52,690 nt of DNA from Candidatus Bathyarchaeia archaeon (GTDB lineage: Archaea; Thermoproteota; Bathyarchaeia; Bathyarchaeales; Bathycorpusculaceae). The position numbers and the translations under genes are program-made. Below, piece by piece: positions 9,766 to 20,373 of this stretch. Position 1 is the first letter of the stretch; each line of letters opens with the position of its first letter. The notes beneath the pieces are model-generated. The model was not told where the DNA came from, ran no database searches, and saw nothing but the letters and a program-made list of their open reading frames with translations. The stretch is taken from positions 1 through 52,690 of the forward strand of contig JBMFMB010000010.1 in assembly GCA_049970895.1 (NCBI GenBank), given 5' to 3'.

Positions 9766-10095
9766 TTAACATTCTTCAAGAATTTTTCTAGCTTCGCTTA
9801 AATACTCCATGAAACCGAAGTCTTTCTTCTCCTTAAACTCTATGCCAAGTTTATCATATAGCTTCCTTATAACGGCCCTCTCAATAACCTCAGCGCCAGA
9901 ACCAAAAATTTCCCTTAAACAGTTTACAAAAATTTCAGGATTGTTTGGAACCTCTTCCTTTTTGAGGGCGTAAGACTGTTTTAGGCGAAAGTAAACAACA
10001 TCTCTCCCATTCTTTCCGAGCATGAGTAACCCTTCATCTATGGTCTCTGCTAAGGCCTTCTTGAGGGCTTCTGTTATCTGGGTCACCATGCTCAC
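9766..10095 (-). CDS. DUF3227-like small archaeal protein
   Basis: IDEGLLMLG...PEIFVNCLREIFGSGAEVIE pattern. Confidence 0.6.
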   Translation of the reverse strand: MSMVTQITEALKKALAETIDEGLLMLGKNGRDVVYFRLKQSYALKKEEVPNNPEIFVNCLREIFGSGAEVIERAVIRKLYDKLGIEFKEKKDFGFMEYLSEARKILEEC

Positions 10096-10096
10096 C

Positions 10097-10436
10097 TCAA
10101 AACTCCTCTGTGTGGACGTAGAAGGCCATCAAAAAGAATAGGTACGCTAAGTCAAAGAGGACATTAAGCATGTGCCCACAGTAATATATGCCCTGTGCAG
10201 TTGTATAACTGAACAGTATGTCGGCGTAAACATTCATTAATATGGCTGCATTAATAAGAAGCCACGACCTTCCTAGTTTTCCCTTCCAATGCCTTTCCGT
10301 CAATAAATGCTGGTGTAGCAGTTGTTACGTCTGGCTTATCTTTGGAAAGATATTGGCGTAGCAGTTGTTTGGTCATTGATAAGAAGCCACGACCGCCCCA
10401 ATATATAAAGTTGTGAACGGCAAATCTGAATCTCAA
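10097..10436 (-). pseudogene. C-terminal remnant of a multi-pass membrane protein
   Basis: Two hydrophobic helices (GRSWLLINAAILMNVYADILFSY...LFDLAYLFFLMAFY); the upstream part is scrambled and contains direct repeats. Confidence 0.5.
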
Positions 10437-10541
10437 AAAGCGTGATCTAAACTTTAAGGCTTATCAGATTTTACCGCAACCCTTAAAGCTCTAATACACA
10501 AAACAACAATCTCCCGTCAAAAATAAAAGGAGATTGTTGCA

Positions 10542-11924
10542 ATGTGTTCGACTGGAAAAGAGGAAAGGAAGCCGACCGTTGAGGAGCTTCTTGCGAAGGC
10601 AAAAAAGCCTTCCCAGCTTGCTCCGCCCATGCACAAGTTTTATGAGGGTAAAGTTCAAGTCATGCCAAAATGCGCCATAACAAGCCCAGATGATTTTGCA
10701 ATATGGTATACGCCTGGCGTTGCAGCCCCATGCAGAGAAATCCAAGCCAACCCCGAAAAAGTTTTCGAATTGACAAACCGTTGGAACTATGTGGCTGTTG
10801 TCTCTGACGGCACCCGTGTTCTGGGCTTGGGAGATATAGGACCGGAGGCAGCCATGCCAGTCATGGAGGGGAAAGCCCTACTCTTCAAATACTTGGGCGG
10901 TGTTGACGCCTTCCCAATATGCCTAAAAACCAAAGACCCAGAAGAAATAGTCCGGGCATGCGAGCTTATAGAACCTTCATTCGGCGGAATAAACCTTGAA
11001 GACATTGAAAAGCCAAAATGTTTCTACGTCCTAGAAGAAGCCCGAAAGAGACTCCAAATCCCGGTCTGGCACGACGACCAACAGGGAACGGCCACCGTCA
11101 TATTGGCTGGCTTAATAAACGCCTTCAAAATAGTTGGCAAAAAACCAAAAGAAAGCCTAATAGCACTCATAGGTGCTGGAGCAGCCAACATCAGAACAGC
11201 CTACGTCCTAATAAGATGGGGAATAAAACCTGGAAACATAATCATGGTGGACACTAAGGGCGTAATTTACGCTGGAAGGAAAGACTTGTCAAAAGAGGAA
11301 GACCCATGGAAGTACGAGCTAGCCCAAATAACAAATGCTGAGGGCAGAACAGGCAACATAGCCGAAGCCTTCAAAGGCGTAGACGCCGTTGTTGCAGCGT
11401 CAAAGCCTGGACCAGGCACAATAAAGAAGGAGTGGGTTGCAACAATGGCTGACAACGCGATAGTTTTTGCATGTGCAAACCCAATTCCAGAAATATGGCC
11501 TTGGGAGGCAAAGGAAGTCGGAGCCCGTATTGTGGCTACTGGAAGAAGCGACTTTCCAAATCAGGTCAACAACAGTTTGGGCTTTCCGGCAATATTCCGC
11601 GGAGTTTTAGATGTGAAAGCTAAAACGGTTACTGATGACATGTGCATTGCAGCCGCTGAAGAGCTTGCAAAATTCGCCGAGGAAAGGGGTATTCATGAGG
11701 ATGACATACTGCCAAGGATGGAGGAGTGGGAAGTCTTCCCACGCGAGGCGGTGGCATGCGCCCTAAAATCCATAGAGCAGGGCGTGGCTAGAGTGAAGCT
11801 TAGCAGGCAGGAGCTTTACGAAAGGGCAGTTTCAATAATAAAGAATGCTAGAGAAAGCCTGAAGGTCCTAATGAGGGAAGGACTCATAAAGAAGCCGCCG
11901 CCAGAAGAAGAATTGCTGAAATAA
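10542..11924 (+). CDS. NAD(P)-dependent malic enzyme
   Basis: YTPGVA, VLGLGDIG, MEGKALLFK, INLEDI, HDDQQGT and ATGRSDFPNQVNN motifs. Confidence 0.95.
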   Translation: MCSTGKEERKPTVEELLAKAKKPSQLAPPMHKFYEGKVQVMPKCAITSPDDFAIWYTPGVAAPCREIQANPEKVFELTNRWNYVAVVSDGTRVLGLGDIGPEAAMPVMEGKALLFKYLGGVDAFPICLKTKDPEEIVRACELIEPSFGGINLEDIEKPKCFYVLEEARKRLQIPVWHDDQQGTATVILAGLINAFKIVGKKPKESLIALIGAGAANIRTAYVLIRWGIKPGNIIMVDTKGVIYAGRKDLSKEEDPWKYELAQITNAEGRTGNIAEAFKGVDAVVAASKPGPGTIKKEWVATMADNAIVFACANPIPEIWPWEAKEVGARIVATGRSDFPNQVNNSLGFPAIFRGVLDVKAKTVTDDMCIAAAEELAKFAEERGIHEDDILPRMEEWEVFPREAVACALKSIEQGVARVKLSRQELYERAVSIIKNARESLKVLMREGLIKKPPPEEELLK

Positions 11925-11999
11925 AGGGGCTAAACACCTAAAATCCACTTTCCTTTCGAAATCTGTAGAAAATTATTTAAACCGTTTTATGAGACATAG

Positions 12000-12518
12000 A
12001 TGGCTAGGGAGAAAGACAAAATGCGCTCAGATTACGCCCTATACGCAGTAGCCGTAATATTCTTTATAATAACTGGAATAGTGTTCGCAATCCAAATAGA
12101 GGAAACTTATTATAAATCTCTTGGAATAATCGCAACCACAGTGCTGGGGATTTTCTTCATAGGGCTTGGCTACACTCAAAGACCAAAGGCAAAAGTGCAA
12201 ACTACAATGGCTGCACCGCCACCCACAGCACCAGCGACACCTCCACCAACCCAACCCACACTTCCATCATCTCCAATTGAGGCTGTTAAAGAAAAAGCTG
12301 TTGGAACTGTGGAAATGGCTGCTCCAACTGGAACACCGTTAACCGAGGTTAAGGGCATAGGCGAGAAGAGGGCGGAGCAACTTAAAGCTTTGGGCATAAA
12401 CAGTGTTGAAGAACTAGCCAAGACATCAGCGGAAGAGCTGGCCTCTAAACTTAAGATTTCACCGAAAATAACACAAAGATGGATTGAAAACGCCAAAAAG
12501 CTGACTGAAAAATCCTGA
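12000..12518 (+). CDS. Membrane-anchored helix-hairpin-helix (DUF4332-like) protein
   Basis: Two N-terminal TM helices, a Pro/Thr linker and C-terminal LTEVKGIGEKRAEQLKALGINSVEELA. Confidence 0.75.
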   Translation: MAREKDKMRSDYALYAVAVIFFIITGIVFAIQIEETYYKSLGIIATTVLGIFFIGLGYTQRPKAKVQTTMAAPPPTAPATPPPTQPTLPSSPIEAVKEKAVGTVEMAAPTGTPLTEVKGIGEKRAEQLKALGINSVEELAKTSAEELASKLKISPKITQRWIENAKKLTEKS

Positions 12519-12543
12519 AAAGATAAGCCTAAAAAGCAGAGTT

Positions 12544-12819
12544 TCACACGCTTAAGATTTTTATTATATTCCTTCTCTCAAGCCTTTTTATGGCGTCTAG
12601 AAACTCGTTGCGCTTTTTCCCAGATAAATTGAAGCTTTGAAGCATATCCTTTAAAGGCGTTCCAGACCTTCCAAGTCCAGCGCTTTCTCTGTGAAGATGC
12701 TTAACTATTAGTCTCTCAAGTTTTCCACATCTCCATGTGGTATTACGGATAAGCACAACTATTGCCTTTCTGAACTCTCCCCTTTCTTTCTTCTGCTTTT
12801 CCTTCAAACGCATCCTCAT
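12544..12819 (-). CDS. Hypothetical basic protein
   Basis: 91-aa ORF filling the gap, with a possible winged-helix-like C-terminus. Confidence 0.55.
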   Translation of the reverse strand: MRMRLKEKQKKERGEFRKAIVVLIRNTTWRCGKLERLIVKHLHRESAGLGRSGTPLKDMLQSFNLSGKKRNEFLDAIKRLERRNIIKILSV

Positions 12820-12926
12820 ATCAATTTATAACTTTGGTATTTTTAGAGTTTACGTCCTATCTTCCTTTCCTAGAAACCTATATATCCCAATTTTTAACAA
12901 TGTTAGCCTAAACTGAGGCTGTACAC

Positions 12927-13352
12927 ATGATGGAAGGAAAGATTGGAAGAATAATTTTCTCAAGGATATTTGAAGATGAAGATTTAGCAGAAGCCATTAA
13001 GGAAAGGGTTGAGAAAAGCGGAGTGAAGGCTGGTCTAATAATTGTTATTGGCAGCCTTAAAAAGGTTGTACTTGGCTATTACACAGAAGGCGAATACAAA
13101 TATGTTAGGCTGGATGAATCTCTGGAGATAGCTTCATGCAGTGGAAATATTGCTGTCGACGAGAAGGGCGAAACAATAATTCATGCGCATATAGTTGTCA
13201 CAAATGAGAAGGGCGAGGCCTTCGGCGGCCACTTAATGCAAGGCTCAATTGTCGGAGCCACAGCGGAACTCGCCATAATTGAGGGTGTCGGCTTAAACCT
13301 GCAGAGAACTTTTGACGAGAAGACAAAGCTTAAGCTCTTAAGGCTCAGCTAA
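12927..13352 (+). CDS. PPC/DUF296 domain protein
   Basis: IGSL, EIASCSGNI, HAH and FGGHL motifs. Confidence 0.9.
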   Translation: MMEGKIGRIIFSRIFEDEDLAEAIKERVEKSGVKAGLIIVIGSLKKVVLGYYTEGEYKYVRLDESLEIASCSGNIAVDEKGETIIHAHIVVTNEKGEAFGGHLMQGSIVGATAELAIIEGVGLNLQRTFDEKTKLKLLRLS

Positions 13353-13808
13353 ACACTTTTCTAGGAGTATTCCGTGGGCATCCCCATAGTAATAATGAAG
13401 TTTTCCAACTTTCTTATAACCAAGCTTTTGGTAGAGGCTTAATGCTGCAATGTTATCTTCTCTAACCTCCAAGCGGGAAACTTTCACCCGCTTATCCATG
13501 AAAATTTTCTCCAATTCTTGTAACAGCTTAATTCCTACGCCTTTGCGACGGTGGCTTGGAGAAACATCTATTGTCAATATGTGCCCAGTTAGAATGTTAT
13601 CCTCAAAATTGATCATTCCAATAATGAAGCCTATGATTTTGTCGTTTTCCTTTGCGATTAGGCTTATGCAGTTTTGGTTTGTGAGAAGCTGGGCTATTTG
13701 CTGTTTTGTGAAGGCTTCCCTCTTAAAACATTCCATCTCAATTTCAAAAAGTCTGTCCAGATGCTTGATGGAAGCATCTTCAATCTTCAGCGTTGCTGAC
13801 ACCTTCAA
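13338..13808 (-). CDS. RimI-like GNAT N-acetyltransferase
   Basis: HILTIDVSPSHRRKGVG, LEVREDN and LYQKLGY motifs. Confidence 0.88.
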   Translation of the reverse strand: MKVSATLKIEDASIKHLDRLFEIEMECFKREAFTKQQIAQLLTNQNCISLIAKENDKIIGFIIGMINFEDNILTGHILTIDVSPSHRRKGVGIKLLQELEKIFMDKRVKVSRLEVREDNIAALSLYQKLGYKKVGKLHYYYGDAHGILLEKCLAEP

Positions 13809-13830
13809 TTAAGTAGGGGAAAAGCGAAAT

Positions 13831-14910
13831 TTAGCCTTTATCAGCTTTGGCGGCTTTAAGCGAAGCCTTTATCGCCGAGATCTCAACCCACTGTTGGATT
13901 AGGAATCCCGCAAAGAACTTCAGCCAAAGTGACAAAATCCTAGTGAGGAATGTTGCCGTTGCACTTACATCGGATGGTATGCCTAAAACCACATATAATG
14001 TTGTCATGGTTATTTCTGGAAGTCCAACTTCGAAAGGCACACCGATGGGAATGGACTTTATAGCTGTTGTTATGGATTGCGTCACGAAAATAATGCCTAA
14101 AGACGTTTCTCTAAAACCCATTGCTAGAAAAACTATGTAGCAGATAGTCAAATAAGAGAGCCATGAAAAAGCAGACAAAAATATGGAGGTTACAACAACC
14201 CTAGGTGCGCGGGCATATTCTTTTATTGAATCGTGAAATATTCTAACAATGTTAAAGGCGTCTTCCTTAGCCTTCTCCAGCTTCCTTTCCCATCGCCCTC
14301 CACCAATGAGTTCGAAAACTTTGATTAGACTGCCGATTATTTTTAGGGTCCAACTTATTTTAATGCATAAGATGGCGAGTAAAATTATGAAGAATATTGT
14401 TGCTGCAGTGACAAAAATGCTCAAGTTGAACACTAATGGATCAACAGATTTTTCAGTAAGAAGCATGATTGTTCCAGCCACAATTGTTGCCGCACCCACG
14501 CTCATGCTTATCAGTCTGTGAGCTACAAGAGATGCGACAACCTTGCCGCTTACGGAGTTTCCATGTTCTCTTGTGATTAGGTATATCCTCGAGATCTCAC
14601 CACTTATGGATTCTGCTGGGATTATTATGTCAATAAAATTGCCATACCAAACATACAAGTAGGATTTCAGAGCTGAAAGCTTTACTGAAAGAGAGCTAAG
14701 TAGAGTGTGCCAAGCCATCGAGTAGAGAAACATTTCAACAAAGATTAGCGAAGCAGCCAATAAGTAAAGCGGCATGTTTACCCTTTGAATTTTCGCTATG
14801 ATTTCCGGTATGTCAACACGTAAGATGAAGAGGTATAGAATGAAGGCTACTACACCGACCAAGAGCATGAGTAGAGTTTTCCACGTAATCTTTGGTTTGG
14901 CGGAGATCAT
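13831..14910 (-). CDS. Flippase-like (lysylphosphatidylglycerol synthase TM / UPF0104) membrane protein
   Basis: Multi-TM protein with IIPAESISGEISR and PFEVGLPE motifs. Confidence 0.82.
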   Translation of the reverse strand: MISAKPKITWKTLLMLLVGVVAFILYLFILRVDIPEIIAKIQRVNMPLYLLAASLIFVEMFLYSMAWHTLLSSLSVKLSALKSYLYVWYGNFIDIIIPAESISGEISRIYLITREHGNSVSGKVVASLVAHRLISMSVGAATIVAGTIMLLTEKSVDPLVFNLSIFVTAATIFFIILLAILCIKISWTLKIIGSLIKVFELIGGGRWERKLEKAKEDAFNIVRIFHDSIKEYARAPRVVVTSIFLSAFSWLSYLTICYIVFLAMGFRETSLGIIFVTQSITTAIKSIPIGVPFEVGLPEITMTTLYVVLGIPSDVSATATFLTRILSLWLKFFAGFLIQQWVEISAIKASLKAAKADKG

Positions 14911-15041
14911 TTGCGTTTACATCTCACAATGACGCACAAAATCCTCCAGCCACATTATATATTTTGCTCAATTTCGTGTGGACTGCTTTCAGCAACTTCA
15001 AAATAGGGCATAAGCCATACTATGTTATTGTTGGTGTTTGC

Positions 15042-15948
15042 ATGGAGTTGGAGGGTGTTCATCTTCTCCTTACATATCGTTGTGATGTGGAGTGCGAACA
15101 CAGCTTTGTTTAGGGAAGCCCCAACGCCAAGGGAACATTCACATTCAGGCAGGTTAACGAAATACTGGCTGAGGCTAGGAAAATTAGTCGGTTAGCTATG
15201 TCTCAGTAGAGGGTGGTGAGCCTTTCAGCTATTACCTAATAATGGTTAAGACTGTGAATAGAAGTGTTGAGCTTAAGCTTGCACGTTAAAGTTCTCTCAA
15301 ATTGCTATTGGGCCACTTGCATAGAAGATGTCATAGAGCGGCTTATGCCAATAGCAGAAACAAAAGACGTGGAATTAAGCCTAAGCAGCGACCCCCCTAT
15401 CACGGTGAGAAGTGGATAACGGAAGAGGTTAGGAATGCCGTGAACGCCGCAAAAACTCTAAACACGAAAGTTGGAATAATGGCTATCAAATGCCCGTTGC
15501 AGAGGCTCCATGTTCAGAGGAAGTTGATGGAGTTAAGGTTGGCTTATATGAGCTTATGTACCGTTGCAGAGCATGTTCAAAACTGGCAGATAAAGCTGTC
15601 AAACGGCATTAGCGGGAATTTACGAAACGTCCCTACGAAGACTTTGCCGATCAGGAGAGGGTTCACATAGACCCCTTTGGATATGTTCATGTTTGTCAAG
15701 GGATATCAATAGGAAATGCTTGGCGGAAACCATTATCAAAAATAATTAAGGAATGCAACTCTTACGCTAATCCCATACTTGAGCCCTTAATTCGTGGCGG
15801 TCCAGTGGCACTTGTTGAAAAATACAATTTACCTCATGATGAGTTTTATGTTGATGCATGCCATCTATGCTATATTGCGAGGCACATGCTGTGGGATAAG
15901 TTTCCAGCAATCTTGGTGCCAGACCAGATGTACCCGGGGAAGGCTTAA
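15042..15948 (+). pseudogene. Radical SAM/SPASM-type protein pseudogene
   Basis: LLTYRCDVECEHSFV*GSP (third Cys of CxxxCxxC lost, in-frame TAG at 15111-15113), later frameshifted pieces including GGEPF and C-terminal DACHLCY ending at TAA 15948. Confidence 0.8.
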
Positions 15949-15986
15949 ATGGCTAAAGCCCAAAATGCCTAGCCTAGTGATGTCCA

Positions 15987-16541
15987 ATGTTTAGGCGCGA
16001 GGAAGCCCTAAACCTTGTTAAAAAGCATGTTTCAAAAAGAAACATCGTCTATCATATGCTTGCCGTTGAAGCTATAATGCGAAGCCTAGCTAGGCACTTC
16101 GGAGAAGATGAGGAGAAGTGGGGTTTGGTGGGCTTAATCCACGACATCGACTATGAAAAAACCGAAACCACACCAGAAAAGCATAGCCTAGTTGCAGAAC
16201 AAATCCTCAAAGATGTCTTGCCCGAGGAACTTTTGAGGGCGATAAAGGCGCACAATTTTAGGCACACTGGCGTAAAACCAGAGAGCAGAATGGAGAAGGC
16301 GTTAATTGCCAGCGACGCCATTTCAGGCTTGCTGGTGGCATGCGCCCTTGTGATGCCTTCTAAAAAGTTGGCAGAGGTGAGGGTGGAAACTGTGGTGAAG
16401 AAGTTTAAGGATAAGGACTTTGCCCGTGGCGCTGATAGGGAAAGGATTTTGCTCTGCGAGGAAATTGGTCTTCAGAGGGAGCAGTTCTTTGAAATAGCCC
16501 TAAACGGGTTGAAGGAGATAGCCCAAGAAATAGGTCTCTAG
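15987..16541 (+). CDS. HDIG-domain phosphohydrolase
   Basis: H...GLIHDIDYE...AIKAH...D motif set. Confidence 0.9.
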   Translation: MFRREEALNLVKKHVSKRNIVYHMLAVEAIMRSLARHFGEDEEKWGLVGLIHDIDYEKTETTPEKHSLVAEQILKDVLPEELLRAIKAHNFRHTGVKPESRMEKALIASDAISGLLVACALVMPSKKLAEVRVETVVKKFKDKDFARGADRERILLCEEIGLQREQFFEIALNGLKEIAQEIGL

Positions 16542-18163
16542 AATTCGGGTTTAGTTTTTCCAAGCTTCTTGTCTAGGCAAGCCTTAACAAAGCCGTAGTA
16601 TTCTGGGTCTGGTTTTCCAGGGCGGCTTTTGAATTCTCCATGGAATTGGGTTGCGAAAAAGAAGAAGTGGCTTGGCAGTTCGAGGATTTCCATTCTTCTG
16701 CCGTCCGGGCTTCTCCCGGAAAAGACTAAGCCATTCTTTTCAAGCTTCTCGGCATAGTCCATGTTAACTTCGAACCTGTGGCGGTGGCGCTCATAGATTT
16801 CCTCGCTTTTGTAAAGCGTATGCGCCATAGTATTTGGTTTTATGACTATCTTGTGGGCCCCAAGGCGCATTGTTGCACCCTTGTATTCTATACCCCTCTG
16901 TTCGGGCATTAGGTCTATAACTGGATGAGGCGTGTTTGGGTCTATCTCTGTGCTGTTGGCTTTCTCCAAGCCGCAGACGTTTCTGGCAAATTCCACAACG
17001 GCTAGCTGGAAGCCATAGCATATACCTAGGAAGGGTATGTTGCTTTCCCTTGCAAATTTTATAGCCATAATTTTTCCATCGGTTCCCCTTGGACCAAAGC
17101 CATATGGAACGAAGATTCCGTCAAACTCTTTTAACATTTGAACCATGCTGGGATTTTCCTCGAAAGTTTCAGCCTCAATGTAGTGGATGTTCACCCTTGT
17201 TTTGCATGTTGCACCGCCGTGGCGCAGTGCCTCACTCATGCTTACATAACTGTCAGCTAATCCGGCATATTTGCCCACTAAGGCTATTTTGACCTCGTGT
17301 TCAGGGTTTAGAACAGCATCCACAAATCTTCTCCAGTTTTCAAAGTCTGGTTTACGTTCTGGAAGCCCAAGCCTCTTACATATGAAGCTGCCCATCCCCT
17401 GCTCGTCAAGGATTAATGGCACCTGGTATACGGATTCAACATTATATGAGCAGAAGACGGCATTTTCGGGAATTGTGCCGAATAAGGCTATTTTTCTTAA
17501 GGCTTCTGAATCTATCATCTGGGAGCATCTTGCAACTATTATGTCTGGCTGTATACCGATACGCCTCAACTCATTTACACTATGTTGTAAAGGCTTTGTT
17601 TTCATTTCCTTCGTAACATCCAAAATTGGTACCAAGGCGACGTGCACATACAAAGTGTTTTCATAACCTTCTTCAAGGCGCATCTGCCTTATAGCCTCAA
17701 GGAAGGGTAAGCCCTCAATGTCGCCTACTGTTCCGCCAACCTCTGTCAGAGCCACGTCAACCTTCTCGTTTAAAGCCACATTTCTTATGCGGCTCTTTAT
17801 CTCATTAGTCACATGTGGCACTATTTGGACGCATCTTCCGAGGAAGTCTCCCCGTCGCTCCTTTTCAATAACAGCCTTGTAAACAATGCCCGTGGTAATG
17901 TTATTCTCCCTTTTTAGGTTTAGGTCTAGGAAGCGTTCATACCAGCCCAGGTCTAGGTCTGTTTCGCCCCCATCGTCCGTCACGTAAACCTCGCCGTGCA
18001 TGTAGGGGTTCATGGTTCCAGCGTCAACGTTCACGTATGGGTCAATTTTTATGGCGGTAACTTTAAACCCCCTTGCCTGAAGCATCTTCCCAATAGACGA
18101 GGTTACAATACCCTTTCCAACAGAGCTTAAAACGCCGCCCGTAACAAAGATATATTTAACCAT
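16538..18163 (-). CDS. pyrG: CTP synthase
   Basis: [36 protein letters not shown] and QFHGE motifs. Confidence 0.98.
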   Translation of the reverse strand: MVKYIFVTGGVLSSVGKGIVTSSIGKMLQARGFKVTAIKIDPYVNVDAGTMNPYMHGEVYVTDDGGETDLDLGWYERFLDLNLKRENNITTGIVYKAVIEKERRGDFLGRCVQIVPHVTNEIKSRIRNVALNEKVDVALTEVGGTVGDIEGLPFLEAIRQMRLEEGYENTLYVHVALVPILDVTKEMKTKPLQHSVNELRRIGIQPDIIVARCSQMIDSEALRKIALFGTIPENAVFCSYNVESVYQVPLILDEQGMGSFICKRLGLPERKPDFENWRRFVDAVLNPEHEVKIALVGKYAGLADSYVSMSEALRHGGATCKTRVNIHYIEAETFEENPSMVQMLKEFDGIFVPYGFGPRGTDGKIMAIKFARESNIPFLGICYGFQLAVVEFARNVCGLEKANSTEIDPNTPHPVIDLMPEQRGIEYKGATMRLGAHKIVIKPNTMAHTLYKSEEIYERHRHRFEVNMDYAEKLEKNGLVFSGRSPDGRRMEILELPSHFFFFATQFHGEFKSRPGKPDPEYYGFVKACLDKKLGKTKPEF

Positions 18164-18282
18164 GCAGCTTTGCCCCTTGTAATAACAGAACCATAAGCCT
18201 CAAATCTGCTTTTAAATTTATTCTCCCGTGTTCCGCCTACTTTTTATTCGTAAAATTGCCCTAGTTAGATGGAGAAAACGCG

Positions 18283-18912
18283 ATGGCGGCTAAAAAGAGT
18301 CCCAGCATCGTCTATTGGCTTGGAGAAAACCTATACCTCAACATAACGAACAAATGCTCTAACAACTGTTACTTTTGCCTAAGAAACTTCCTCGATGGCG
18401 TGGGAGGATTCAACCTCAAACTTGAAAAAGAACCAACATTCAACGAGATAATAGCGGAACTTGAAAATGTCATAAATAGGCGGAATTGGCGGGAAATTGT
18501 CTTTTGCGGTTTTGGAGAACCCCTCGAAAGGCTGGACTGCGTGCTAGAAGTTAGCAAGTGGATAAAGAAGCATTATGGGAAAATTGTGATGTTAAGGGTG
18601 GACACGAATGGTCAAGCCTTACTGCTTAATAAAGGAAGAAACGTTGTTGAAGAGTTGAAAATGGTTGGCGTCGACAAGGTAAGCGTAAGCCTAAACGCCC
18701 ACGACAAAGAAACTTACAACCAAGTATGCAGACCAGTCTTCGAAAATGCCTTCGAAAGCATCATAGAGTTCATCAAAAAAGCCAAGGAACTTTTAGATGT
18801 TGAAGTGACAGCCGTTCGAATTCCAGAAGTTGACATTTCCAGAGTTGAACAGATTGCCAGAGAAATGGGTGTAAGGTTTAGGGTTAGGGAATATATACAG
18901 CCATTTTGGTGA
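18283..18912 (+). CDS. TatD-associated radical SAM protein
   Basis: LYLNITNKCSNNCYFCLR, VFCGFGEP and DTNG motifs. Confidence 0.88.
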   Translation: MAAKKSPSIVYWLGENLYLNITNKCSNNCYFCLRNFLDGVGGFNLKLEKEPTFNEIIAELENVINRRNWREIVFCGFGEPLERLDCVLEVSKWIKKHYGKIVMLRVDTNGQALLLNKGRNVVEELKMVGVDKVSVSLNAHDKETYNQVCRPVFENAFESIIEFIKKAKELLDVEVTAVRIPEVDISRVEQIAREMGVRFRVREYIQPFW

Positions 18913-18917
18913 AAAGC

Positions 18918-19316
18918 TCATTTTTCAGCTTGGCTTATTATGGCGTTTATCTGCTCTGATGTCAACGGTAAAGTGTGGAGGGTCTTACCGCGAGGCTTTA
19001 AAGCTTTAAAGAATGTTTCCCTTAAGGGTAGGGGCTTCTCAAACTTTGAAACGTATTTGAATTCTATGGCTTTTCGCCATCCATAGGTTTCGCATTCCCT
19101 CTGCTCCTCTTCTGAAAGCTCCTCCTTTCCGTAGACGTTTTCTATTACGCCATAGCCGATGAAAGAGTCTCCGAACTCCGTTCTGCTAACAAAAAGTATT
19201 GTCTGTCCCGGTTGCCATTTCCTACGTGCCCCAGTGTAATACATGGCTGAGTCAAAGACTTTTTCAACCCATTCCTTTTTGGCTATTCTCAAAATGTAGC
19301 CTTCGGCTTTAGCCAT
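18918..19316 (-). CDS. EVE/PUA-like domain protein
   Basis: WQPGQTILFV...FIGYGVI...KFEKPLPL pattern. Confidence 0.55.
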   Translation of the reverse strand: MAKAEGYILRIAKKEWVEKVFDSAMYYTGARRKWQPGQTILFVSRTEFGDSFIGYGVIENVYGKEELSEEEQRECETYGWRKAIEFKYVSKFEKPLPLRETFFKALKPRGKTLHTLPLTSEQINAIISQAEK

Positions 19317-19338
19317 GCTTCTTTCGCCGTTCAGCCCT

Positions 19339-20367
19339 TTATGGTTGTATGGCTATCTTAATCTCGTTCTTAGCTGTTGAAAGGATTTCAAAAGCCTCCT
19401 TTATCCTTTCCAGAGGCATCTTTCGCGTTATGAGGGGCGCCACATCTATGGTTTTTGAGGCTATCAGGTTTAGGGCTTTCCTAAAGTGAAGGGGTGTCGC
19501 GTGAAAAGTGCCAAGCACAGTTGTTTCACCATAATGGAGTTGCTCAGCGTTAACCCTAATCTCGGTTCCAGGTTGGCATCCGCCAAACTCTAGGACTGTT
19601 CCGCCCTTCCTAACGAGTTTTAAGGCTTGCTCCCATGTTTCTGGCTTTCCAATAGCCTCGATAACAACGTCTACACCATAGCCACCAGTTAAACCGCGAA
19701 TCTTCTCCTCAACACTCTCCCTTAAAGCGTTCACAGTTTCGTCCGCCCCGAGTTTTTCGGCAAACTCCAACCTTTCTTCGACAACATCCACCATAACTAC
19801 TTTTTCGGCACCCATTCTCTTTACAGTTAATAGGTGCAACAGCCCTATTGGTCCAGCGCCAATAATCGCTACAGTGTCGCCAAGCTTAACCCTTGCTTCT
19901 TCCACTCCATGAAGCACGCATGCCAGAGGCTCTGTTACGGCGGCTTCCTCATAGGATATGTGGGGTGGGATTTCCTGCATGTTGACGCGGACCATGTGGG
20001 CTGGAACCTTTATGTATTCGGCGTAGGCTCCCCAGAGCCAAATCATGTTCTCGCACAAGTTATACTTGCCTTTACTACACATAACGCAGCGCAAGCATGG
20101 GGCACTATTTCCAGCGCGAACCCGCATACCTTTCTTGGGCCATGCTAGACCCCCGCCGACCTCCATAACCTCGCCAGCCCATTCGTGCCCAAAAACTGTT
20201 GGAAGTTTTATCACCTTTTCAACGTAACCCCGATGGAAAATTTTTAGGTCTGTGCCGCATGTTGTTGCTGCCTTAACCCGAACTAATACTTCGCCAGCCC
20301 CGACTTTAGGGGTTTCAACGTCCTCGATTCTTAGGTCTTTTACGCCGTAAAGCATTGCTGCCTTCAT
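19339..20367 (-). CDS. Zinc-dependent alcohol (polyol/threonine-type) dehydrogenase
   Basis: CGTD, GHE, CxxCxxC...C structural zinc site and GAGPIG. Confidence 0.92.
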   Translation of the reverse strand: MKAAMLYGVKDLRIEDVETPKVGAGEVLVRVKAATTCGTDLKIFHRGYVEKVIKLPTVFGHEWAGEVMEVGGGLAWPKKGMRVRAGNSAPCLRCVMCSKGKYNLCENMIWLWGAYAEYIKVPAHMVRVNMQEIPPHISYEEAAVTEPLACVLHGVEEARVKLGDTVAIIGAGPIGLLHLLTVKRMGAEKVVMVDVVEERLEFAEKLGADETVNALRESVEEKIRGLTGGYGVDVVIEAIGKPETWEQALKLVRKGGTVLEFGGCQPGTEIRVNAEQLHYGETTVLGTFHATPLHFRKALNLIASKTIDVAPLITRKMPLERIKEAFEILSTAKNEIKIAIQP

Positions 20368-20373
20368 AACCCT

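Noticed and set aside
10249-10394. Repeat pair as a diversity-generating retroelement TR/VR or a mini-CRISPR
   Set aside because: Only 21 bp and two copies, no reverse transcriptase or cas genes, and no regular spacer periodicity.
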